This document shows, in pieces, positions 43,335 to 52,700 of a DNA stretch of 64,000 nt (the first letter of the stretch is position 1; every line of letters starts with the position of its first letter). The notes beneath the pieces are model-generated. The model was not told where the DNA came from. It did no database searches and saw only the letters and a list, made by a program, of their open reading frames with translations. The stretch comes from an uncultured Bacteroidales bacterium. Lineage in GTDB: Bacteria > Bacteroidota > Bacteroidia > Bacteroidales > Bacteroidaceae. A program made the translations under genes and the position numbers. The stretch covers positions 18,193 through 82,192 of the forward strand of contig CACXXT010000010.1 of assembly GCA_902771725.1 (NCBI GenBank). The letters are read 5' to 3'.

Positions 43335-46211
43335 CTACCTTCCCGCTTCTTTCAGCTGGCGGGTGGCGCGGTCGATCATGTCCTGTGTGCCACTGCCGTC
43401 GCTGACGTATTTCACTACCATCTCTGCGTACTCGATGGCCTCCTTCAGCTTAGCGCTGGGGTTGGAGTTTTCGCGAGCCTTCGTCAGCAAGGGTAGCAGT
43501 TCGTCGAGGTCTTCCAGCTCGGGCAGGTTCCCTGGTCTCATGGTGTTCAGTGCGGCATTCAGCTCTGTTGTCATCGCATCGATGGCTTCCTGGCTCTGGC
43601 TGCGGTCGGCGTCGTCGAAGAGGGCACGTGCGCGGTCGAACTGCTCCATCAGCCGGGCATAGCCGTGTTTGGCCCACGGGGCGTATTCGGGCACCTTCAC
43701 CTCCATCTCGTTCCACCGGTTTTGGGCATCGCGGCGGCTGCGTGCCAGCTGCATAGCTTCCTTCAGGCGGGTGTCATCCACCCCCGAAGCAGAGGCTTCG
43801 GCCACGGCAGCGATGGGTGTGCCGGGCAGCAGGAAACGGAAGTAGTGCGTGACGTGGCGGTCGGCGTCGTAGTCGGGGACGAGGTTCTGGATTTGAACCG
43901 CGCCGTGCTTTAAATCCAAGACCGCTTCATCCCAGCTCTTCAACCCTTGGACAGCCATCACCAGCGGTCCTTGCATCAGCGCTCCGCACCAGGCGGGCTC
44001 AAAACGGGTGCGAGGTTCGTTCTTGCCCGTGGCGGCGACTTCCATCTTGTCTGGTCCGAAATCGATGTGGCGGGTGAAGGGCATTGTGACCTCCACCTTG
44101 TCGTCCTTTGTCCAGCGGCGCAGCGGTAGCGTGACGTAGCTGCAGGGCTGGTAGCGCTGACTGACGCTCTCACCGTTGACCTTGACATCGAAGCCCTCGG
44201 TGGCCCAGTAGGGCACGCGCAGCTTCAGCACGAAGGGCTTCTTCGCCTCGGGGAAGGTAATGGTTGTCTGCTCGGCAGGCCAATGGCAGTCCTGCTGGAT
44301 GGTCGTCTTCTTCGCATCCCAGCGGGCAGTTGTCGGCAGGTAGAGTGCCACCCACAGTGTGTCCCCGCCCACGAAGTATGCTGCCTCCTGGTACTTCACG
44401 TGGTTCTCCACGCCCGTGCCGCCGCAACAGGTGCTCTGCGGAGTCTCGTTGCCCCAGGGCTTGGAGGCGTCGAGGCCCACGGCGTACTGGTAGAGCACGG
44501 CATAGTGCTTGGGGTTCAGCGAACCGATGAGCTGGTTGTACAGCACCCGCTCGTAGTAGTCCATGTAGCGGGCATCGTTTGGACGGAAGCAGTTCAGGTC
44601 CTTCGTCAGCTTCGCCAGGTTGTAGGCGCAGCAGGTCTCGTTCAACGTAGGTTCGGGGTAAGTCGAGCGGTCGCGCCAGTCGGTGCCCACATTCGTGCAC
44701 ATCGAGAGCACCTGCGTGTAGGGCTGACGGAACATCTCGCCGTTGCCCACACCGCCCATGGCATAGCGGTAGCGACCCTGGATCATCGTCCAGAAGTTCT
44801 GGGCGAGGTTATAATAATAAGGATCGGCGTTGCCGCGATAGGCGCGCAGGGCTCCCGTCACCATCGGTATGTGCTGGTTGGCGTGGCGCGTGCGGATGGC
44901 ATCCACGTTCTTGGCCAGCGGGCCGAAGAAGGCTGGGCTGTCGAAGTACGTCGAGGCTTCCAGCAGGCGTTCACTCTCTGAAGCACTCCCCTCGCTAACA
45001 GGAGAGGGGCTGGGGGAGAGGCTCTTTACCATCTCCGAGAGGCGTGCCAGTGATTCGGCCATGCCGCCCACCTCGCCGGCGATGTACATATTCCACATCT
45101 CGTAGCGGTTGCCGGGATGCGCACGGCGCTCTTCCTGTGTGCCGTCGCTCTGCACAAATGTGCGGTAGTGCAGGCGGTTCCAGACCCAGAGCCCCATGTC
45201 CTTGGCTATCAGCAGCGCCTTCTTGGCGATGGCTTTGTCATCGATGTAGTTAGCTATGTCGATGAGACCTGCCAGCTGCTTGTGTACGCTGTAGTAGGGT
45301 GCCCACACCCAGTTCTCGTTGTTGTACGCGCGGTACATCTCTATCAGTGCGCAGTGCTGGGCGGGGATGGCGTTGAGGTATCCGTAGCCATAGTGGGCGT
45401 AGTCCTTCTTATAGTTGTCGAAGTCCTTCCAGGTGCCCTTCATCTCGCGCAGTTCCGCCTCGGGGGCGAAGTCGCGGGCTTCGCGGTAGCGGCCGAGCGC
45501 TTTGTCGTAGACGAAGGTACGTTCCTGACAGGCGCGCAGCTCGTCCACCATCAGGCGGATGTTTTCCTTCAGCTTCGCCTTCTTCGTGGCATCGGTGCAG
45601 GAGGCGTAGGCCATGGCCATCGCGCTCATGTAATGTCCGCTGCCGTGGCCCTTCAGCTTCGTGGTGGGAGAGTCCCATCCGTCGGCTTCGGGGTAGCCAT
45701 CGGTGGGCAGTCCGTAGGTGTCGCGGTAGTTATATAGCTGCTGCTTCACGTCCAGCGACAGCAACTGGTCGATGTCCATATCGCGGTTGTGCGTCAGACG
45801 ATTTTCTCCGTTGATGCGCACCTTGTTGAGGGGCAGCGGTTCTGCCAGTGGAGTGGGGGAGGGGGTGGCGTAGCTGCCGCCTACGACCTGCACCTCTGCC
45901 GTGACGGGGAAGCCCAGCGTGGTGGTGTTGTCGCCGGTGATGTAGCCGCGCACCTCATACCGGGTGCCTACGGGGTTCTGTGCAGCATCGGCCTCGGCCT
46001 GCTCCGTGGCGGGAGCGGCATTGGTCCAGCGTACCTGGCGGTACTCCTTGGTTCCGTCGGTGTAGGTCACCCACAGCTGGTAGGGCAGGCGCGGTGCTGT
46101 GCCGACAGGTGCCTGCACCTTCACGGCTTCCGTCGTGCGGATGGTCTTGTATTCTTGCGCACAGACGGTCAGTGCTGAGGCGAGTAGAATAGATACAAAT
46201 AATGCCTTCAT
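43335..46211 (-). CDS. secreted GH127/DUF1680-like glycoside hydrolase (beta-L-arabinofuranosidase-like) with N-terminal Ig-like and C-terminal helical domains
   Basis: Signal peptide MKALFVSILLASALTVCAQ (start set at ATG 46211). A Big_4-like segment (LPYQLWVTYTDGTKEYRQVRW). The Cys-containing blocks NETCCAYN and CCGGTG resemble GH127 zinc/catalytic regions. Confidence 0.55.
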   Translation of the reverse strand: MKALFVSILLASALTVCAQEYKTIRTTEAVKVQAPVGTAPRLPYQLWVTYTDGTKEYRQVRWTNAAPATEQAEADAAQNPVGTRYEVRGYITGDNTTTLGFPVTAEVQVVGGSYATPSPTPLAEPLPLNKVRINGENRLTHNRDMDIDQLLSLDVKQQLYNYRDTYGLPTDGYPEADGWDSPTTKLKGHGSGHYMSAMAMAYASCTDATKKAKLKENIRLMVDELRACQERTFVYDKALGRYREARDFAPEAELREMKGTWKDFDNYKKDYAHYGYGYLNAIPAQHCALIEMYRAYNNENWVWAPYYSVHKQLAGLIDIANYIDDKAIAKKALLIAKDMGLWVWNRLHYRTFVQSDGTQEERRAHPGNRYEMWNMYIAGEVGGMAESLARLSEMVKSLSPSPSPVSEGSASESERLLEASTYFDSPAFFGPLAKNVDAIRTRHANQHIPMVTGALRAYRGNADPYYYNLAQNFWTMIQGRYRYAMGGVGNGEMFRQPYTQVLSMCTNVGTDWRDRSTYPEPTLNETCCAYNLAKLTKDLNCFRPNDARYMDYYERVLYNQLIGSLNPKHYAVLYQYAVGLDASKPWGNETPQSTCCGGTGVENHVKYQEAAYFVGGDTLWVALYLPTTARWDAKKTTIQQDCHWPAEQTTITFPEAKKPFVLKLRVPYWATEGFDVKVNGESVSQRYQPCSYVTLPLRRWTKDDKVEVTMPFTRHIDFGPDKMEVAATGKNEPRTRFEPAWCGALMQGPLVMAVQGLKSWDEAVLDLKHGAVQIQNLVPDYDADRHVTHYFRFLLPGTPIAAVAEASASGVDDTRLKEAMQLARSRRDAQNRWNEMEVKVPEYAPWAKHGYARLMEQFDRARALFDDADRSQSQEAIDAMTTELNAALNTMRPGNLPELEDLDELLPLLTKARENSNPSAKLKEAIEYAEMVVKYVSDGSGTQDMIDRATRQLKEAGR

Positions 46212-46283
46212 TTGTCGTTCGTTTGTTAGTTTGCGGCGACAAAGATAGGCATTATTTGTGGAATCTCGTTCAAGAATGGTCAA

Positions 46284-47696
46284 TTATTTCATCCTTGAGG
46301 CTTCATATCCATAGCTTTTCACACGTTCGATGAGTGCTTCGGGGTCATGCTCACCCTCGACGATGGCCTCGCCGCTGGTCAGATTCACCTCCACGTCCTC
46401 CACACCCTCCACACTGTGGATGGCGCGCTCCACGTTGGCTTTGCAGTGGTTGCAGGACATACCTTTAATAGAATAGTGGGCGGAATGGGCTTCGTGGGTC
46501 TCGTGGGCGTGATGAGCATGATGGGCTGAATGGTCATGATGGACTTCATGATCTTCATGACAGCAATCGCAGCTGTGACCATGCCGATGCTGCTGCCAGA
46601 AGGCATTCAGCAGCAGTACTACCAGCAGCACCATCCACACCCATTCCCAGACACCCAGCCCGTGGGCACCGTGGGCGCAGCCGTCAGCGATTGCGCTCTG
46701 CACGGCAAACCACTCCTGTGGCAGCAGGTAGTCGATACCCAGTCCGAAGAGGATGGCGCCGACGATGATGGCGGTGAGGTAGAGGCGCAGCGTACGACGT
46801 CCGAAGACTTTGCCGATGACCAGCATCGAGGCGGAGTTCACCGCAGGTCCTGCCATCAGCAGCACCAGGGCGGCACCAGGCGTCAGACCTTTGGCCATCA
46901 GCGACACGGCAATAGGTATCGAACCCGTGGCACAGACGTACATTGGAATCGCCACGGCCAGCACAATCAGCATATTCAGTAGTTTGTAATCATGCAGTGC
47001 AGCCAGCCATTCGTTAGGCACTGCCACCGTGATCAGTGCGGCTATCAGCAAGCCAATCACCAGCCACTTCCCCACATCCTGCATCATATCCACGAAGGCA
47101 TAATCCAGCGCCTCCTTGATCTTGGCCATCCAACCCTCGCCTTCGCTCTCTCCATGCTCGCAGTCGCAGTGGTGGTGATGCTCATGCTCATGCTCGCAGT
47201 CGCAGTGGTGGTGATGCTCCCCGCAGCAATCATGTTCCTCGTGCTCATGATGATGCTCCCCACAGGCCTCCCCTTCCTGATGGGAGGGGTTTTTATTCAC
47301 CAGCCATCCCCCGAACAGCGCAGTCATCAGTGCCGCTATCGGTCGCACGATGGCGAAGGGCAGTCCCATCAGGGAATAGGTGGCGATGATGCTGTCCACG
47401 CCCGTCTGTGGCGTAGCGATGAGGAAACTGGTGCAGGCGCCGTCGCTGGCACCTTCCTTGTGCAGCCCCACCGTCGTGGGAATCACCCCGCAGGAGCACA
47501 GTGGCAACGGCACGCCGATGGCGGCAGCCTTCACCACACTCCTCATGTTATTCGGTGCCAGGTGTTTGGAATACAGAGTCCGCGGTACGAAAACCCGCAG
47601 CAGTCCTGCTATCAGGAAACCCAGCAGCAGGTAGGGAGCCATCTCCGCTGTCATCATGACCAGCGCGTCCCAGTAGTGTTCAAGAATCTCTATCAT
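46284..47696 (-). CDS. permease-type Cu/Zn efflux transporter (SO_0444-like) with His/Cys-rich loops and C-terminal HMA domain
   Basis: 470 aa and polytopic. Loops CGEHHHEHEEHDCCGEHHHHCDCEHEHEHHHHCDCEH and HGHSCDCCHEDHEVHHDHSAHHAHHAH. The C-terminal YSIKGMSCNHCKANVERAI...VEV is a heavy-metal-associated fold motif. Confidence 0.75.
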   Translation of the reverse strand: MIEILEHYWDALVMMTAEMAPYLLLGFLIAGLLRVFVPRTLYSKHLAPNNMRSVVKAAAIGVPLPLCSCGVIPTTVGLHKEGASDGACTSFLIATPQTGVDSIIATYSLMGLPFAIVRPIAALMTALFGGWLVNKNPSHQEGEACGEHHHEHEEHDCCGEHHHHCDCEHEHEHHHHCDCEHGESEGEGWMAKIKEALDYAFVDMMQDVGKWLVIGLLIAALITVAVPNEWLAALHDYKLLNMLIVLAVAIPMYVCATGSIPIAVSLMAKGLTPGAALVLLMAGPAVNSASMLVIGKVFGRRTLRLYLTAIIVGAILFGLGIDYLLPQEWFAVQSAIADGCAHGAHGLGVWEWVWMVLLVVLLLNAFWQQHRHGHSCDCCHEDHEVHHDHSAHHAHHAHETHEAHSAHYSIKGMSCNHCKANVERAIHSVEGVEDVEVNLTSGEAIVEGEHDPEALIERVKSYGYEASRMK

Positions 47697-47770
47697 TGTT
47701 TCTTTAGTTTGTGTGGTCTAAGGCTTCTATAGCATAGTATCTATAGCCTCTATTCCCCTGTTTTCGGCTG

Positions 47771-47778
47771 CAAAGGTA
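47771..47778 (-). promoter_or_regulatory. candidate -7 box TACCTTTG
   Basis: Plus-strand caaaggta lies 75 nt upstream of ATG 47696. Confidence 0.4.
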
Positions 47779-47853
47779 CGCTTTTCCCCATGCAACTCAG
47801 TTGCAAAGTGCCTTTTTGGCAGAAAAATGCATGAAAAAATGGCCTTCGATGAA

Positions 47854-47888
47854 AAAACTCTAAACTCTAAACCTTAAACTCTAAACTT
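47854..47888. repeat. five 7-nt tandem units TAAACTY
   Basis: aaaactc taaactc taaacct taaactc taaactt, immediately upstream of the tRNA promoter box. Confidence 0.8.
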
Positions 47889-47893
47889 TTTTG

Positions 47894-47901
47894 TACCTTT
47901 G
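47894..47901 (+). promoter_or_regulatory. candidate -7 box TACCTTTG for tRNA-Ser
   Basis: Lies 27 nt upstream of the first tRNA nucleotide. Confidence 0.5.
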
Positions 47902-47927
47902 CACCCGCATTCGCAAGAGCGCACCCA

Positions 47928-48018
47928 GGAGAGATGCCAGAGTGACCGATTGGGCCGGACTCGAAATCCGGTGAACGGCTTGTCCGTTCCGGGGGTTTGA
48001 ATCCCTCTCTCTCCGCCA
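47928..48018 (+). tRNA. tRNA-Ser (anticodon CGA), class II with long variable arm, CCA encoded
   Basis: Hand-folded. Acceptor GGAGAGA/TCTCTCC. Anticodon stem CCGGA/TCCGG with loop CTCGAAA. Variable arm GAACGG-cttgt-CCGTTC. T arm GGGGG-TTTGAAT-CCCTC. Discriminator G followed by CCA. Confidence 0.9.
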
Positions 48019-48042
48019 GAAGGAAGCCATCGGGCTTCCTTC
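48019..48042 (+). terminator. terminator hairpin directly after the tRNA
   Basis: GAAGGAAGCC, loop atcg, GGCTTCCTTC, followed by agtcgttttc. Confidence 0.7.
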
Positions 48043-48137
48043 AGTCGTTTTCAGAGAGTGATTCAAACCCCAGCCTCGCCTTTTCCTCACGTGCTTAGCG
48101 TCAGGTTCTTCGATTAGAATAAATCTATCGATGAGGG

Positions 48138-49748
48138 TTACTCGCCCTCATTTTTTTTGCCAATTTTTACCTTAGAATCACCTGTCACATCGGCATTGTT
48201 TCCTCCGCCATAGATATTTCCTCGGATATCAGCACCCAGGACATCCTTCTTCTCATAATAGGTGACATTCTCCTGGGCCGTAGCATCATCCTCTGTTTCG
48301 ATATAGTCAAACGGACTCGCAGCTGTGCCATCACCTGTGCGGGTGTATAAGCCTGCCACACTGGTGCCTACGGCAACTTCCTTCACCACATAGACCTCCT
48401 CGAGGGTACCAATGTTAATATAGGCGTTACCTATGACTTTTGCAGCGTTGCCGCCGCCAAATACATTGTTAATGGCTCCCATCTTTCCCTTGGCATGTGA
48501 GGGAATCGGATATCCGTTGGGGGTTTTTGCATTCTCACCGACAATGGTATCATCGTATTTTCCTAACGTCACATTGACGTTCACCGTAGGATTACCAACC
48601 ATCGTAGCACCGTCACCAAAGCCACCGCCATAGATATCTCCGATGCTGGTAAACGACATCACATTGATTTGAGGATCATGATAGAGTGGGGTGAGCGGGG
48701 TCTCTCCCGGTTCTATCGGTTTGCCCTCGCTATCATAGCCATAGACAGAATAGCCAGCCTGATTGCCACCGCCATAGAGTTCGCCTATCTTGATAGGACG
48801 ACAACCAATCTCTTCAATATTCACAGTGATTGAACCACTGATTGTTCCACTGAGGTTGTTACCGCCAAACACGCGGTCAAAGGTACCATTGGTGATATTC
48901 AACGTCACATTGCCGCGAACGTCGGCAGCCTCAGCACCGCCATAGACCGCTTGCAAGCCTGGAATACAAGCCATCAGCAACTTGGCCTCAGCATCCATCT
49001 CTGCACTCTTTCCACCACCGTAAGCCTCATCGACACAGAATTCACATGCGCCCCCCTCGTCCAGCAGCGTCACAGCCGTCTGACGTACATTACCCTTGGT
49101 ATTGGAGCCTCCGAACACATGGTTGACTTTGCCACCGTAGATATTCACAGCAGCCTTACCCGTTCCATAGACATACGATGAGCCCGTTCGTTTCTCCTTC
49201 GTGTCGGCATCGGATTTATCACGTACCTTCCACTGGCCGTCTTCCTTATAATACTCGGAATAGTTCTTGTAACCTACGTTGGCGCCAGGGTTCGGCATCT
49301 CGACACCATTGATGAGAATCTTGTCAAGACCATTACCGCCGCCGAAGAGTTCGTCAATCTCGTACGTTCCGTTTACCGTCACATTGGTAGCCGGCGTGCA
49401 GGCTGCATTGCCACCGCCATACACCTGTTGGATGCTGGTGAGGTCACAACCATCGATGATGACATTGGTGGAATTCGTGGTACTTGCGCCACCGGCAGGT
49501 TCGTAAGCAGCCAGATTGCCACCGCCGTAAACAGCGGCAACATCAAACAACTTAGTACCCTTCTCCGGTTTGGTGCTGATGTCGGCTTTGTCCTTATTCT
49601 GTGTCGCATAGACATGCACCATTACCTTTCCCATTGGTGTACCTGCAGCATTATTGCAGCCAAAGACTTCATGGACGGCACATCCTCTGGCTTTCCCAGC
49701 AATGACAGTGCCTGTTTCGCCCGACGTCGTCGTGCCGTTCAAGTCCAA
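48138..49748 (-). CDS. C-terminal YGGG-repeat segment, most likely the frameshifted continuation of the 2291-aa gene
   Basis: 536 aa, with TTG as the first start codon and no signal peptide. It has at least 11 repeats of the type (V/I/L)(Y/F)GGGN.A.V.GN..V.I, continuous in style with the end of ORF 49739..56614, which it overlaps by 10 nt in another frame. Confidence 0.6.
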   Translation of the reverse strand: MDLNGTTTSGETGTVIAGKARGCAVHEVFGCNNAAGTPMGKVMVHVYATQNKDKADISTKPEKGTKLFDVAAVYGGGNLAAYEPAGGASTTNSTNVIIDGCDLTSIQQVYGGGNAACTPATNVTVNGTYEIDELFGGGNGLDKILINGVEMPNPGANVGYKNYSEYYKEDGQWKVRDKSDADTKEKRTGSSYVYGTGKAAVNIYGGKVNHVFGGSNTKGNVRQTAVTLLDEGGACEFCVDEAYGGGKSAEMDAEAKLLMACIPGLQAVYGGAEAADVRGNVTLNITNGTFDRVFGGNNLSGTISGSITVNIEEIGCRPIKIGELYGGGNQAGYSVYGYDSEGKPIEPGETPLTPLYHDPQINVMSFTSIGDIYGGGFGDGATMVGNPTVNVNVTLGKYDDTIVGENAKTPNGYPIPSHAKGKMGAINNVFGGGNAAKVIGNAYINIGTLEEVYVVKEVAVGTSVAGLYTRTGDGTAASPFDYIETEDDATAQENVTYYEKKDVLGADIRGNIYGGGNNADVTGDSKVKIGKKNEGE

Positions 49749-52700
49749 GAGTACATCGCCACGGTTTCTCCCAGTCCGCCGCCGTATGCTTCGCCAAGGA
49801 TATTACCTCCCGTCAGGCGAACGGTCGTCGTGGTGCTTGCAGAGGTCTTGCCTGTAGCCCAGTTACCCGCCGTAGCGTCCCAGTTGCTTGTCTGCGTGTC
49901 AGCCAAAGCGCCACCGCCATAAACGTCGTTAAGGACAAGACCGCCAGTCATGTTGACGGCTACGCTCTCCTTGACGGTACCAGCCTCACCGCCGCCAAAG
50001 ACAGAACCGGCGATGAGCTGTGCCGTTTTTCCTTCATTATCAGCTGCAGGTGTTGTCGCATAACCGATATTCACCTCTGTCTCCCTGACGTTGGCGAGAC
50101 CTGAGGCGGCAGTACTAACGCCAAACTCACCGCGGGCAGCACCAAAGACATGTCCATTTCCATCACCATCGTAGCCGATACGACCACCAGTAACATTGAT
50201 GGTTGTCTTACCACTGTTGGCTTCAGCACCACCGCCCACAGAACCCATAGCACCAGCGCCATAGACATTGTGAACGACGTGACCACCGATGATGTTGACA
50301 GTGGCAGTACCCTGTACGATACCTGCCAGCGGGTTGTACTTGTCTTTTGTTCCATCACCATTGGAGTCGTACTTGTCCGTACCGCAGCCACCGCCATAGA
50401 CATTGCCACGATAGGGATAGGCAGCACCTGAGTAACCTCCAACCGTCTCACCTACGGCAATACCGATTGTACCTTTTTTAATATCTATGATGGTATTCTG
50501 GAAAGTGTGACCATTCTCGCCACTGCCATAGACAGAGCCCTTAATCCAAGGCGTTGTTTCTACACCCGTATCGCCTACTGTGACATGTGTGCTATAAACC
50601 CATGCCATGCGGTCGTTAGGATCAACAGCAGGCTCTCCTTCAGGAATGGCTACATCACCACGCGAAGATCCGAACACCATACCATTCTCCTGGCCGTTGC
50701 TGCCAATCGTACCGCCTTTGATGGTGATGGTACAAGCACCTGTATTAGCTGTCTTCAGAGTAGTAGGCATACCTGATGTAGCATCGTAAGTAAAATCGCC
50801 TACAGAGCCGTAAGCGCCACCGCCATAGACGTTGTGGAGAATGGTAGGAGAGCCACTGATATTGATATTGGTGTTACCCTTTACGAGTCCGGCTGTAACA
50901 TCATTTTCCTTACCTTTACCACCGCCATAGACGTTACCCCAAGTAGCGCCGCCCTTACCGGTAGTACCGATGGTGCCACCGCTGACATTCACTTCGGTAT
51001 CACCATTTACAGTAGATTCCTCACCACCACCATAGACGCTGTGACCGACTTTCATCACCTTACCATTTTTATCAGCAACAGTATTACCGTTAATAGTAAG
51101 AGTGACATTACCACTTACAGATCCGAGGTTTTCTAGAGATACCTCAGTGTATATATAGTTCTTCCCGTCACCATTGGGGTTTAAAATGGTGGGACTTCCT
51201 GTACTAAGTGTTTTTGTTCCGAATGTCTTATTGTTCGTCCATTCGTATGTGGTAAATGTTCCGCCAGACTGCGGTTTAATCATACCTGTGTATGTGTTTG
51301 GTACAGGTGGCACCTTGTCCTTGTTGTAGATATTGACTGTACCCGCCGAAGCTGAATAGCCCGCTCCAAAGACAGCACCATTGACTGTGCAATTGGTCAG
51401 TGTAGAGGTGACGTTGCCCGTGACACCACCAAGGAAACCACCACCATAGAAATTGGTATTGATGGTGCAGTCGGTCAATGTGCTGGTGACATTACCCGTG
51501 TTGGTGGTGGCAAACTGGGCAGAGTAGTAGTAGCTACGGTTAACAAATTTACCATTCCCGTCACCAGTAGAATAATTGATTACCTCAAGATCATAGTTGG
51601 CTGCATAACCCTGATCCTTATTGCGGTACTTCCCAGGGGTATAATTAGAGTTGATGGTGCTACTCCAATCGGTAACGGGAACTCCCGTACCATCGGTATT
51701 GGCATACTGCACATAGTTGGTGCCGCCATTGCCTGCACCGAAGAATTGGTTAAAGGTAGTGCCTGTTGCGCTGGTCTTGACGGTCTTGCCAGATACCATA
51801 TCGCCGAACTTAGGACCGCCGCAGTATTTGCCCACGATACTGTTGTTGATGACCACATCGATGCTGCCTTTCACTATCTTATAAGTATCGCCAGTAGCCT
51901 GGGCCATGACGCCGCCACCATAGAACTCGCCAATGAGCGCATGATTGATACGCCATGTGACATCACCCCAGATGCCCTCCTTATAAGCAGCGGCTATCGT
52001 ACCAAAGCGACCACCGTCGATATAGCAGTGGGGGTTGTCTTCGTATGGTTTAATGGCCTCATTGTATCCACCAGTGAGATAGAAACTGGTGAAGTCTCCA
52101 CCGAGAACGTTGACGGCACAATGACGTGTTTGATATTTAGCATTGGTATTGACATGGGCGCCAGGAGTGAATGAAGGCATAACAATATGACCGCCAAGAA
52201 TGACGTAATTGATATGTTGATTTGTTTCACCATTGCGGCCACGACTGTACTGATCGTAGATACCACCATTAAGGATGATAGGTCCGTCATCACGGGTACC
52301 AAGTTCAAACTCAAACTGTCCGAAGCGAATAAAAGCGGTCTCAGTAACCTCGAAATGTCCTTTGGAACGGTAGCAGCCAAGGGAGTAGAAATCTTTTGAA
52401 TTGTGTAACTTGCCCGCAATACCCAACTCCACCACGGGGAGAAAATCAAAGCGTATAGGGGCGATAACCTGACGTGCCATTTCCTTACCCAACTGCCATT
52501 CGAGGCAATAGTCAGGTTCTTCGTCGAAGTCAAGGTCCACACTCATGATGGTGAAACCGCGAGTGTCTTGAGTTTGATGTACAACATCACTTTTGCCAAC
52601 AGATTCCTGCACATTACCCACCAGAACAAGCGCATAGTCATAGACTGTCTTTTTCGCATCGATATTAGCAGCAGTAAGTGTTTCCTTTATTGATGTGGTC

